A DNA stretch of 64,000 bases from Octopus sinensis (lineage: Eukaryota): positions 35,712,001-35,776,000 of the forward strand of contig NC_043015.1 in the NCBI RefSeq assembly GCF_006345805.1, written 5' to 3'. Below, piece after piece: positions 27,774-41,499 of the stretch. The number at the start of each line of letters is the position of its first letter. Position 1 is the stretch's first letter. The position numbers were made by a program, and so were the translations under genes. Below the pieces are notes generated by a model. It was given only the letters and a program-made list of their open reading frames with translations. It was not told where the DNA came from and did not search any database.

Positions 27774-29393
27774 ATATATTCATGTGCGTTGTTGATTTTA
27801 TGTTGATTATTCCTTAACCTGTTCTTTGCAAACCATGTAAACATTACCATTTGCTTTTCTATTTACACATACACACGCTTGCACGCGGGCGCACACATGC
27901 GCACACATACACACATATATATATATATATATATATATGTTAAATAAAATATTATGCTGTAATACAGATCCCCATATATATATATATGTATATTTATAAA
28001 ATTTAAACAAGTTAGTTAAGGAACAGCTGAATTCATTTCAATGTTGAATTTTGGGATCAAAGAAAAATGAGAATAAGATGACCAAGAAACGGCAGCTAAT
28101 AACATAAAACCGCTGAATGCCAATATATCTGGTTAGAAGATAAATCCTTTTATAATTTGATCGAAAGTTTGGGATCTTCCTCTGTAGTTGGAAGCAGTAA
28201 TAAATCATTTATAGGAAATGAGTATAAAACTTTTACATTCTAAAATAAGTTTCCCAATAAATGGGAGACTCGCTATTCTCTACGTATATTTTTTATATTC
28301 TCTGTTTTTGAAATACATGACTGATATTTATCTTATCCACACGTTCGCGAGAATTAGCTATAAATTCGGATAACTTCTCTCCTCATTGCTTCGCCGGTTC
28401 GTAAGATGGAACAAGTATTCTGCGTAGAGAAGCTAGCTTTTTCTCATCAAAGTATTACTGTATATTATGATGAAATCTGAATCAGTTATGTATACGATTA
28501 TTGCTTGTTAATGAGCTGCAATACGCTGGCATATTAGTCAGCTGATCACCTGCAGGTTTATCTCCACCATAATATAAATATCACATTTTAGTTAAATGCA
28601 ATTTTGAATCATTACAGGTGGCGTTGTGTACACGTGTGTGTCCCTTCACATCACAAATATAACGGAAGCTTTTCTTACATAATTGAAACAATCGCAGCTG
28701 GCGATGATTAATTACAAGTTCGTATTACAAAATTCGTTACAGTTTTAACATTTAAAAGAATTGTTAATATATTTTGATAATTGTGCTTGCCATTGCCTTA
28801 CTTAGCCCATCCGTAACGTTCTCCCGTAGAGAAAGAGGGAGAGAGAGAGAGAGAGAGAGAATGGAGAAAAGAGAAAGGGAGTAAAAATAGGGAGAGAGAA
28901 GCTCCCATGACGCGAGATAGAGGGAACATAATTGTAACGCTTTCACCTGATATGGGGAAGGGAAAGAGGAGAAAGAAAAGAGAGAGAGAAGCGTCCATGA
29001 AGTGAGGTGGGGGAATGTAATAATTTTAGCTGAAGAGTGATGTTCTGATGGTGGGATTAAAGAAGGCAGACGGAGAAGAGAGAGATAGGTAGAGAGAGAG
29101 AGAGGAGACAGAGAGAGGGGGGAGGGATTATGATGGTGGTGGTGGTACGGCTGCTAGTGGTCGTAGTGGTGATTGGATAGTAAAAAGTGTATTTTTTTTT
29201 CTTTGAACTAGGTTTTTTTCTATATCACTTATATCATCGCATTTGTGCAATTCCGTGAAATATTCATGTTTATTTATGTGAGAGATATATGCAATTGAAT
29301 TAAAGACGGTATCATAAGTACGGGATGTATTTTTGTTTATGAGAAAAATTCGAATAGAAGAGTGCCTATAAAATTGTGCACGAATTATACAAA

Positions 29394-29448
<55 letters not shown>

Positions 29449-29808
29449 ATATATATATTATATATACAATTGCAGCGTGGAAGGTGTTTATAAGCCATTT
29501 AAGAAACACACAATATATATATATATAGAAAGTGCATTAAGTAATCATCGTATTCCAATTTCTTTCACTTTTCAATAAATAGCGGAGGAGCGACCATCCT
29601 CCAATGCAGACGCGACACAGGCTACGCTTCTAGGTTTCTGAATAAAGTCTTCAAAATTAGCACGAGAGAAATATTCACGGGTCTCGCTAGTCTACACAAA
29701 TTGAAGAGAAACATTTTTTACAGTCGGGCAGTGTGATGCTGGCAGTTTAATTTTGCTGTAATGCCGTACAAACAGAAAAATTAGGTTTCAATACACCGGG
29801 TATACCAA

Positions 29809-29842
<34 letters not shown>

Positions 29843-30066
29843 ACAAATACACATATACACACGCACACACATGCGCACAAACAAACAAACAAAAAGAACG
29901 TAGCCCCGATAACGGACAGGACCAACGACTATTGAAGAGGTTGCAAGAAGCAACGAAATTTCGAGAAAAAGAAATAAATGATTGGAAATCGAACATCGAA
30001 CTAGTGAGTGATATATATATATTTTGTTTTGTGTATATATTATATTATACTATATATATATATATA

Positions 30067-30111
<45 letters not shown>

Positions 30112-30121
30112 TATATATAAT

Positions 30122-30340
30122 TAAAGTTAATCCAAACAAGAAAACACAAAAAAAACAAAAAAAAACACAAAAAAACACAGCAACGCGAGGACGTGGAACA
30201 AATAAAGTATTATTGGACGCTGAGGAAAGAAGGGAAGAAGGAGGGTTTAACGTTTCGAGCGGAGCTCTTCGTCGGAAACAAAGGAGAAGGAAAGATCCCG
30301 AGAAGGGAAGACAGAGGAAAAAATGCTGGCGGTGCTCACG
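30122..30340 (-). mobile_element. ~200 bp hammerhead-bearing non-coding element, copy 2 (inverted)
   Basis: Reverse complement of 27163-27362. Motif at 30245-30279 has an intact GAG/CTC stem II. Confidence 0.75.
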
Positions 30341-30808
30341 GTTAAAATATAAATATCGTTTAATATAGACAGTACATACTTTGGAATTAGTAATTGTTTC
30401 ATAGTTAATGATATTATCTAGACAGCTTTTTAAAACACGCCTAGTGTACCCAAGTAATCCTTAGGCCCTGGGCTAAAATCACAACAGTAGAACAGGAAAA
30501 ATCACGTGAAAAAACGAGCTGAAGATGGGTTCAAAAATTGGAATGGTGAAAGAAGAAATCAGAAAAAGAAAGCAAAAATGAAATAAGGAAGAAACAGAGT
30601 TATGTCGCATAGAGTTGTAACGTTACAGTGTGTAGAATTAACGGCACCGATCTAAAGTATGCGACAGAGCTGTTCAATGCGGGGAAGGCGTTTTTCTCTA
30701 ATTCACCAACAGAAACTTGTCAATATCTTCACATTTCTGAATATTTCAGATCTGGAATTCAGCAGTGCAGTAATATATTTAGTTTTATAGTGTAAACCTC
30801 TCTGTGTG

Positions 30809-30857
<49 letters not shown>

Positions 30858-32070
30858 TATATATATATTATAGATATATATATATATATATATTAATATA
30901 TATATACATATGCACACGCATAAGCACACAGATGCTCTCACAAATGCGCGCACACGCACACGCACATTTGTGTATGAATACATATGTATGTTTGCGTGAA
31001 ACTATTATTAAATGAATGTACAATTTCATGGAACACACTTAAATTTTGCTGAATGGATTCTACAATAATTTAGGTACGTGAATCAGGTTTAGGAACGATT
31101 GTGCAAGAATTATTGAATATAGCACTAATATTTTTCATACATGTTCCGTTAAACTAAAAAAAATATTTTTTTATCGTCTGCGAAATACTTGAATTCTAAC
31201 TTTCTGTGGAATTTGCAGTAATAACGTATTAATTGTATCTTGAAAGTATAAAATCTGCTCACTCAAACAAACACACATACATATTATATATATAAATACA
31301 CGTTGTACTTAATATATATATACATGTATATATGTGTGTATGGTGTGTGTGTATGAATGTGTGTGTAGAAAGATATGTTTGAAAATTGGTTTATGTAATA
31401 TATTATTCGCCATGTGCTTTTTTAATTCTGAAATTGCATACTTTCACCAAATGCGTGCTTTCACCAGCCAACACACACACACACACACATATGTATGTAG
31501 ACATCTGTGTGTATATACTTATATGTATAACTTATGTATATATAAATATATGTGTATATATATGTATATATATGTATATATATATATGTGCGTATATACA
31601 TACAGACAGACATACATATATATATATATATCAATGAGTGTTTAAAAATTGCATTTATTTGTAATTGAGATAATTATCCACAACTCACCTTGGCGTACAC
31701 CAATTTTTTAAGTTGCGAGTTATTTCCAATTACACAAAACTGGTAAATTCTTCATCTTCCGTCCACACTAATTGCTACTTACTTCACACTATTGGCAGCT
31801 GCACCTCACTTCCTCATTTAAATTCTAGTCCAATATTATATTGATGTTTTGCTTAATATTATACTTGCTGAAATTATGAAATTATGCTTAAGTACTCATC
31901 ATAATTACATTTATGAGACACACACACGCACACACACATATATATATATATATGTTACGCAGACATTCACATATGTATTATATTTGTTTACTCATGGATG
32001 CATAAGTATATACGTATCTTTATATATATCAATACATATGTACATTATATATATATATACATATGTACAT

Positions 32071-32106
<36 letters not shown>

Positions 32107-32425
32107 GATACACACACACACTCAAGGATACATGAGTATATACGTATTTGCATATTCATAAAAATACATATGTATGCGTGTGTGCCTGTGTGAGTATGTG
32201 CAAGCATAATCTTTCATTATTTCCTCTCCCCATAAAGTTTTAAAATTTACTTAACTACCGAGATTTTCGTTCATTGACCAAAATGCTCAAAATTTGTATG
32301 TATATATACATACATATATGTGTATATATATATGTATGTACACACACACACATATATATATATACATACCTAGACAGATAAATAGACATATTATTCATAT
32401 GCACATGCATACATGCATCTGTGTG

Positions 32426-32456
<31 letters not shown>

Positions 32457-33086
32457 GAAAAAACAAGTCAAAAATAGAAAATGCTAAATTAATTTTATAG
32501 TGAACATTTCAGTACCGGTTTCGGTCATTTTGAGACCTTTTCAACTGTAACGATTAAATAATTAAATTTAGAAAAATTAGAAGAAAAGTCTTTTTAAAAG
32601 AATATTTCTATAGTAGTGTTCAGATTTAAGTGGCATTCTGCCTTTCTCTGACTCCCTTGTTTGCACTTGTGTGTCGGAGGTCGTTGTGAGTTCTTGGAAG
32701 GGTAGTAGAGGAAGAAGGCTGGTGGGAAAGGGGGATGGAGAATCTGGGAGTGCCCTGATGGTCGTATTTTGAATGGTCAGTGGCGGCTGGCAGTCTCAGT
32801 TCAATTCAGGAGAATATTTATATTGACAGGCTTGTTTATAGAATTAGCGTAGGTGTTATACTAAAAAACATTAGTGACAAAGTTAAGGGGTAGGGGGTGG
32901 AGAAGTAGTAGAAGAAGAAGAAGAAGAAGAAGAAGAAGAAGAAGAAGAAGAAGAAGAAGAAGAAGAAGAAGGAGAAGGAGAAGATGACGATGATGGTGGT
33001 GGTGGTGATGATTATGACGACGATGATGATGATAATGATGATGATGAAGAAGAAGAAGAAGAAGAAGAAGGAGGAGAAGGAGAAGA

Positions 33087-33382
33087 TGTGCTTCGGAGAA
33101 CCTAATATACTCACTAACCTGCTCCGGGTGTCAAGAGCAGTACATAGGCCAAACAAAAAATGGTTTGCGTAAACGAATGGCCCTGCACAGATCCCGATAA
33201 AAATTCCCCCAAACAGAAAATAGCTTTTAGCCAACACATAGATACTTGCGCCAACAAAAAAACACCAAACTTCAGAATTTTCCCCCTCTACCAATTTAGG
33301 GACGATACAACCTCGAGACAACGAATAAGTAAAGAAAATCTCTTATTACAAAATACAAGCCACTTCTAAACGGGTCTACGAC
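33087..33382 (+). pseudogene. Penelope GIY-YIG endonuclease C-terminal fragment
   Basis: CASENLIYSLTCSGCQEQYIGQTKNGLRKRMALHRS / KIAFSQHIDTCANK...FRIFPLYQF...KENL / KYKPLLNG, with two frameshifts. Confidence 0.9.
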
Positions 33383-34108
33383 AAACAATTAATATACCTC
33401 AACTTTAGAATAAAAGAAAAAATATATATACACACACAAATATTACACTCCATAGAATCCATTACTAATCAGCCCCTTCATAGCTATACTTACACCCATT
33501 CATATTCCCCCTTCTCTGTTTTTTTCTTCTTCTTCTTCTTCCTCTTCTTCATCATCATCATCATTATCATCATCATCGTCGTCATCATCATCACCACCAT
33601 CATCACCACCATCTTCTCCTTCTCCTCCTTCTTCTTCTTCTTCTTCATCATCATCATTATCATCATCATCGTCGTCATAATCATCACCACCACCACCATC
33701 ATCGTCATCTTCTCCTTCTCCTTCTTCTTTTTCTTCTTCTTCTTCTTCTACTTCTCCACCCCCTACCCCTTAACTTTGTCACTAATGTTTTTTAGTATAA
33801 CACCTACGCTAATTCTATAAACAAGCCTGTCAATATAAATATTCTCCTGAATTGAACTGAGACTGCCAGCCGCCACTGACCATTCAAAATACGACCATCA
33901 GGGCACTCCCAGATTCTCCCATCCCCCTTTCCCCACCAGCCTTCTTCCTCTACTACCCTTCCAAGAACTCACAACGACTCCGACACACAAGTGCAAACAA
34001 GGGAGTCAGAGAAAGGCAGAATGCCACTTAAATCTGAACACTACTATAGAAATATTCTTTTAAAAAACTTTTCTTCTAATTTTTCTAAATTTAATTATTT
34101 AATCGTTA

Positions 34109-34146
34109 CAGTTGAAAAGGTCTCAAAATGACCGAAACCGGTACTG
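34109..34146 (+). ncRNA. Minimal type-I hammerhead, U3-A8 core variant (copies at 32510-32547 and 58569-58605 on minus)
   Basis: CAG-TTGAAAA-GGTC tcaaaat GACC-GAA-ACCGGT-A-CTG. GUA cleavage triplet and palindromic stem III. Confidence 0.8.
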
Positions 34147-34253
34147 AAATGTTCACTATAAAATTAATTTAGCATTTTCTATTTTTGACTTGTTTTTTCA
34201 TATATATCAACTCGTGTGTCCTTTTCACCCTTATACATATATATATATAATAT

Positions 34254-34339
<86 letters not shown>

Positions 34340-34739
34340 CATTTATTTATTTATATGTTGTGTTTCTGTATGATAATTTTAGTAGAAGATAATACAACGG
34401 GACTTTCTCAGACATTGTAGTTTCGTTCTAACTTTTTTATCGGAGAGTAAAAACTTATAAACAAACGTTACACCCCCCACACACACACACACAACACACC
34501 CATGTATGTATTAGTATAATTACTTTCAAGTTTTAGGCATTCACGATTTTTGTCTGTATTTTAATTCTTACATAATATTTTTCTATTTTTTATTCGTTTT
34601 CCATTTTTACTTTCAGTTTATAAACATTCCTCACACTAAATATCATCAATATTTGATTTTTTGTATTTCATATTTTTCCTGATTTTCCTATTTGTGAATC
34701 TCAAAATTAATTGTGAATCCTCTCGAAGTTAATTATTAT

Positions 34740-35040
34740 TCGTTGTCCACGTGTTCCTCACCTGGTCGATAGTGTCTGATCTGTTCGATATAAATAATCT
34801 ATTTTAGTGCATCATTTTATTAATGTCTTTTATGTTCAATCTTTGTGGATTCATCGTTGCTACAGTAGAATGATGTGGTTTTGGTATTAGGCCACCCACA
34901 AAGTCCACATTGCTGTTAAACCACTCACTTCACTTCATTTCCACAGCCGCTGCACTGCCACATGCTGATGATACAAGCTCTGTAAATTTCACGCTTCAGG
35001 TGCGCTTTCTATTTTACTTCTCACTAAGATTCACCTTGCC
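34740..35040 (-). mobile_element. Possible ancient RTE LINE fragment
   Basis: Minus-strand LKREIYRACIIS resembles the RTE K...Y.A.V.S.L motif. Otherwise heavily decayed. Confidence 0.3.
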
Positions 35041-35098
35041 AGACTAGGAAGTGTTGAGGTTGAACAGGCAGTACTTCTGCTGATCTCAACCCCTGGAG

Positions 35099-35245
35099 CA
35101 GCGCTTCTCAACCGGGATCCATATGGTCCTTTGGTTTCATATATGATATTGTTGCTAAAGGTTACAGTATTTCTAATCCACGAACATTGAATGACTAAGA
35201 GAGTTAATCCGTGGTCCATAGATAAAGAATAGTTGAGCACCACTG
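35099..35245. mobile_element. hAT-Charlie-type MITE (147 bp)
   Basis: TIRs cagcgcttctcaac / gttgagcaccactg. Flanks ccctggag and ctctacag are imperfect 8-bp TSDs near the CTCTAGAG Charlie target. Confidence 0.7.
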
Positions 35246-36184
35246 CTCTACAGAGTGCATATCCGTGATAAAAGAATCGACGGTAATGGTAGGAAAGAGA
35301 GAGACAGGGAAACAGGTAGAGGGGTGAGAGAGATGGTAAGAGAGGGAGGGAGAGAGAGATATAGAGAGAGAAAGCTCAAATGTTTAACGCAGTATTTTCA
35401 ACTTCTTCGGGCAGATGGTAAAACAGATATTTGGAGAGGTTCTTGCAAGACAGTTCTGGAGACATTAGAATTGATCTTCTGTGGCAGTTATCAAAGTATT
35501 ATCATCTGAAAACAGCATATCGTTTCAATTAATTTCTATTTATAATATCAAAATAATTTTCAGACGAAATGTTGATTCGAGGGAGATTTAGCTGTTGTTT
35601 CCAGCACATTGTACGAGCACCTGTTTCCTTCTTCGTTTCCTTGTCATCCAGACAAATATTGATGTTTTTCAATATTTTTCCCCCTAAATACATTTTTATG
35701 GAATGAGGATGCAGTGGTCATTTGCTTGGATTTAAGAAACAACAACAACAAAATTGTTATTTAAATCCTTAACCCCTCCCCCACCACCACCACCACCACC
35801 ACCACCAACAAAACTTTCCGCGCACATGCACGTGTGTGTGTGTAAAAAAGATGCATATTTACTAACAGAAAAGTATGTTATTAAATTAAATTATGCTTTA
35901 TATACCATCTCTAAATCACTTGCATACCCACACATTGACAAACACACAAACACACTCAGAGTGGGCGATTATAATTTTACAGAGAACGAAAACAACATCA
36001 CTACATATTTTCTTTAACCCCACCCCAAATCAAGCAAGATCTTGTGTGTGTATGTGTATGTGTGTGTGAGAAAAATACATTTACTAACAGAAAAGTATGC
36101 TATTAAAATAAATTGTCATTTACATAGCTTTTTAAAATCTGTCGCCCTAATGAAATCCCTTGCACCAACTCACAAACGCTCGCG

Positions 36185-36226
<42 letters not shown>

Positions 36227-36787
36227 CACACGCGCTTAGAGGGCAATATTCTTTTATAGAGAGCGAGAATGTTTACCAAGAGAAAATGAAAGAGACAGAC
36301 AAATAAAAAGAGAGAGATCTTACATGTCGCTGTCACAAATATCGTAATTTTAAAATTAAGTTAAATTTTTTTTAATTTGCCTTTTTGATTTCCATTTTCA
36401 CGCTGAATTTGAGTTTGTGATTCATATATTCTAGAAATATATTACAGACATGTTACAGAGGTATAGAGGTTCATCATTTTTGCCCAATCAGAAAACAGGA
36501 TTTGTGCGTAATAGCTGTCATAAAAAGAAAGCCAGTCTTAAACAAAATGAAAGCCATGTGTAAGAGTTATTACATATAACAGGATTATGGTAAATATATA
36601 GAGATAGATAGAGATGGGGGAGAGTTGTTAATCTAAAAGTTCATTTATTTCTCCGATGAAAGTATCCTTATTTTGTAATGACATTGTCTTTGGAAAGCAG
36701 GAGATCGAATTTATTTTTATCGAGGATGCACCATTTCCGAGCCTTTGGGTGCCGAATGTATATGCATAAAATAATACATTAGCATAT

Positions 36788-36856
<69 letters not shown>

Positions 36857-36908
36857 TATATTATATATATGTGGGGTGTTGGGTGTGTGTGGTGTGTGTT
36901 GTGTGTGT

Positions 36909-36944
<36 letters not shown>

Positions 36945-37053
36945 AGAGAGGGAGGATATTTATTAATATCTTAATTTTTTATCTAGTTTCAGCTCACGAG
37001 CTGTGGTCATGCTGGGGCACCGCCATTTTAAAAGTTAAAGAACACAGATGGGC

Positions 37054-37119
37054 TGCCGTGACCAGGATTTGAACCTTGGTTACCACGGACTCAACGTGGG
37101 GTCCTAACCACTAGACGAT
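37054..37119 (-). pseudogene. tRNA-His(GUG) pseudogene lacking the 5' acceptor strand
   Basis: Minus strand atcgtctagtggttaggaccccacgttgagtccgtggtaaccaaggttcaaatcctggtcacggca matches invertebrate tRNA-His except the missing 5' GCCGTG, anticodon loop TTGAGTC instead of TTGTGGC, and TTCAA in the T-loop. Confidence 0.85.
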
Positions 37120-37455
37120 ACATATATATAGGGAAGAGTCATTCTGTTTTAATTGGTTATTAATTCTCACACTCACCGGTTCAGTTCCCACTCATTTACT
37201 AATTTTTTCTAAAATTTTTCATGCTTCTTGCAACCTCTTCAACAGTCGTTGATTCTGTCCGTTATCGGAGCTGCGTTCTTTTTGTTTGTTTGTTTGTGCG
37301 CAAGTGTGAGCTTCAGTGTATGTAGGTATGTATGTATTTTTACCTCTGTCTCGTGTGTGTGTGTATGTGGTGTGTGTATATGTTCATGTATATGTTTCCT
37401 TTTGTGTATGTACGTGTGTGTGCAGGGTTGTTTGTCTTTCGGTATTACCCATATA

Positions 37456-38111
37456 CAGGGTGCGTAAGATATTTGAGGACAGATTTATGTTTATAATAAC
37501 AGTTTATAATAACAGATTATAACTTTATCAAAAAATGCTATGAGGATAAAACTAAACCTTCTTTTCTCAAATGTTATTCAATAAAGCCACCTTCAGCTTC
37601 AACAGCTGCTCCTATATGAGATCTAAATCATCTCCATGCTCGAATCAAGTGGTCTTGGTTCATTTTGGACATTACTCTGACTATGGCAGCTTTCAAAGAA
37701 TCTTCCGTGTTATGGGCGTGTTCATTGACTTCTCTCTTAACAACGCTCCACGTGTAATAAAATGTCCAATGGTCTGTTGAATATGTTGGATAAATTCAGG
37801 TTTTATGATAATTTCAGAGCGTTTAGAATATCTTTTTATGCTTTCACACTGGTGATACATTTTCATCTTCAGTCTCTAGCTCCTTACAAACTTTGTAGAC
37901 GAAAGATCTGACAACTTTAAAAAATCGTGATATTTCTAAATCGTTATGCTCAGCGTTTATAAACACAATAACAGCATGCCCCTTCATTTATTGAGTAAGC
38001 TGAGGGTCTGCAATTATTATTTTCTGAAACAAAGATTTTTGCTAACATAATGAGCAAAAAATGTAGCAATAACTCCCAAAACGTATGTTTTCAAATACCT
38101 TACGCACTCTG
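37456..38111 (-). mobile_element. Internally deleted DD37D (maT) element with both TIRs and TA TSDs
   Basis: TA-cagggtgcgtaagatatttga ... tcaaataccttacgcactctg-TA. The minus strand joins an N-terminal fragment (MKGHAVIV...LEISRFFKV.RSFVYKV) directly to the C-terminal end shared with 9088-9413. Confidence 0.9.
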
Positions 38112-38420
38112 TATATATATGTATATATTTATATATATGTACATATACATATATGTTTATGTATGTTTTTGTATATGGTTGATTGATCAGGAACAAATAT
38201 TCTCTGCATCGAATACACTTCGTAGTGGTCAAAATGTTTGAACTTTGGCAGGTAGAGTAATAAATGGAAGGACAGGCATCTTAGGCAAGTCGATATACAA
38301 AAAATATATTAAATGCATTTAATTCAAAAACTGTACATATGTATACATATATATGAAATCTGACTTACACGGATTAGGATTGTTATCAGGAAGTAAAGGG
38401 GCTGAATAAGAGTTTTACGA

Positions 38421-38512
38421 GCCCAACAGCTGTTTCTGGGGGGTTGGTGTTCCAAAATAATGATTAGAAATTGATTCCTTCATTTGATAATACCAGCGTC
38501 CGTCTTCAGGGA
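38421..38512 (-). ncRNA. Decayed type-I hammerhead relic
   Basis: Minus strand cc-CTGAAGA-[long imperfect stem II]-GAAA-CAGCTG-TT-ggg, the same CAGCTG stem III as the Naiad-type element. Confidence 0.5.
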
Positions 38513-38614
38513 AGATTTTAGATTTGAGGTGTTGACAAAATGGCGTTTAAAGATGGAAAACCCTTTAATTTCTGATATCATTCTATTTAGGGTAAGTGGG
38601 ACCATTTTTAAATG

Positions 38615-38834
38615 TGTACACATTCTTTAATTCTTTTAATTATATTATTCATTTGAATGCAACCATGTTGGAGCCCCGCCTTTAGGCGAACACATCGAGC
38701 CCAGGACTTATTCTTTGTAAGCCTAGTACTTATCCTATCCTTCTCTAATTTACAGGGACAAAACACATTAACATCGGTTCTGAAGCGATGGTGGGGGGGG
38801 GGACAAAAACAGACACACAAGTACACGCATGCAA

Positions 38835-38876
<42 letters not shown>

Positions 38877-39042
38877 GTATATTTACGACGGGTTTATTTT
38901 AGTTTTCGGCTACCAAATCTACTGACAAGGCTTTGGTCGGCCCGAGGCTACAGTAGAAGACACTTGTCCAAGGTACAACGCAGTGGGATTGAACCAGGAA
39001 CCATGTGGTTAGGGAGTAAGCTTCTTACCGCTCAATCACTCC
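38615..39042 (-). mobile_element. tRNA-derived SINE, full-length diverged copy of the 20122 family
   Basis: Reverse complement aligns along the head (cgcagtgggattgaaccaggaaccatgtgg), spacer and tail (cttattctttgtaagcctagtacttat). Confidence 0.85.
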
Positions 39043-39328
39043 AACATTTTTTGCATTAAATGTATTGAATATACTTTTTTCATCAACTTACCTAATTTGC
39101 TTGTCTTTACATTTACTCCTCTTTATGTATATATGTATATATACATATATACATATATATATATATGTACTCACATACATATATTCATACATATGTATAC
39201 ATACATTCATATATAAATATACATACATACATTCATGCATATATATATGGATACATTCATACATATATACATACATATATTCATACATACATATATATAT
39301 ACATACATACATTCATGCATATAAACAC

Positions 39329-39393
<65 letters not shown>

Positions 39394-39946
39394 TTTATTT
39401 ATTTACACACATATACGCTTGTATGCTCGTGTATGTATATGTATGTAAGCACACACAGCTAATTAGGCGATCCACAGTACTTCTGATACCATATTTAAAT
39501 GCAAACTCAACCGGAGTTCAGTGGGTGATATCCTCATTATGGCGGCGGACCAATTTATGGAATCGTTTGAAACGGTGAATCATCTTGCTTTTGGCAGAAC
39601 CTGGAAATTATCCTAGTAAACTTACTCTTTAAATGGAAAGCCGGTGCTATAACGCACTACCATAGCACATAGTTGTGCACATGCAAATAGATAAACAAAC
39701 GTTAGTGCACTCAATCATATATTGCGCATATGCACACGCAAACACACACTTAAGAACTCTATTCCCTCTTTACTATACCATAATGCTTAGAATGAATTAT
39801 GTGAAATATATATTTACGTAAGTAGAGAAATACTTACATTCATACATACATACACCCACACACACATTCACACCCACATACATACATACACCCACACACA
39901 CATTCACACGCATACATATATAAAAGTGTATATGAATGTATGCATG

Positions 39947-39977
<31 letters not shown>

Positions 39978-40787
39978 TTATATATATATATATATGCACG
40001 TTTATGTGTGTATGTTTATTTTATGTATGTGTGTATATATACATGCATATTATATATATATATGTGCCTAAGTATGTATGTATGTATATAATATATATAT
40101 ATATATATACTTAGGCACACAAACCCATATATATTTATGCTATACAAGCATCTATCTAGTTATCCATCTATATAACTCTAATCTATTTATCTATCTATCT
40201 TTTTTTATCGATCTCTTTTTCTGTATATCTATACAGACATTTCAATTAATTAATGGTATCATCACAGATTTGTAGGCTAGACCAAATTGATGGGACGTAT
40301 ACACACCTATAGTTTCAGAAACATATTATTTTCCCATTTTGTATGGAAATTTAACTCCATCGTTTGAACTCCGTTTCTTCTTTTCCAGGGGCAAAAAGAG
40401 AGGTTCTATTTTTATTGAACACTTGTGTCTTTATGCTTTCGTAAAATTTCATCAGCCACGTTATACGTATTTTGTGTCTAATGACAGCATCATAAATTAT
40501 AGCTATTTATAGCAAACACAAACACGGACTTAACTAAACTGGCCTCCCTAATTTGTATAGCATTGAATGTATTGACAATGAGAATTAATTAAAATACTAC
40601 GAGTTAGTTCATTAGAAGTATTACAGCATAATGGCTGCTTACACAATGGTGGATTTCAAATATAATGCTTGGTTTTTAATTGGCACAGTCTTTGCCTACT
40701 TTTGATGTGGAAATCAGACATGGTCGTTGGACCACAACATTTTCCTCTCTGTTGCAGAGTAAGACGCTTTCATGGGTACTTTCAAGT

Positions 40788-40824
<37 letters not shown>

Positions 40825-41499
40825 TATATATATATACACGACGGGTTTCTTTCAGTTTCTGTCTACCAAATCTGCTCACTAGACTTTGTTAAGTTCTAAG
40901 TTATAGTAGGAAATACTTGCTCAAGGTGTCACTCGGTAGGTCTGAACATGGAACCTTGCTGCTGAGAAGCAGCAAACGACTTACTGCACCGCCACGCCTG
41001 TAAGTTGCCAAGAGAAGATAACTTTTCAGCGCAGCTGTTGATCAGCTTCCTTGATATAAGCGACAAACATGTCGGTAAGGATGTTGTGGTCTAAGGAAAT
41101 TTTAGATATCAATTTGGTAGAAATGGTGATGCGTCGGTGAAAATATGTTCTGATAAATCTTTATTTCATTTTATGACTTCGGTTCAAAACCCGCAGACAT
41201 CAAGTTTCCCCGTGATATTTTCAAGGCCCTCAATTTTGTCACCTGACCACAAGGCCTATCACAGTGCCACAAATGTTGAACGATTAATATAGATCATCAT
41301 ATCAGCCGAGTTCTTGGCTGGTGCATGAAATTGTTGCTCAGCAGACTGGAGCGAAGATATTCAAAGATGACTTTGGCTAAATTTGAACTCACAAGAAAGT
41401 AAAGAGTGGAACAGTAGGAAAGTTTGTCCCAGGCTACACAGACTGCATTATTAAACTATTCTTATAAAAGCCAATGCCATTTAAGCACTGAGGCCCAGA

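Larger units (their letters stand above)
32457..34199 (+). mobile_element. 5'-truncated Penelope element with inverted pseudo-LTR
   Basis: 32457-33088 is the near-perfect reverse complement of 33610-34199. Between them lies a GIY-YIG fragment. Both ends abut (TA)n. Confidence 0.92.
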
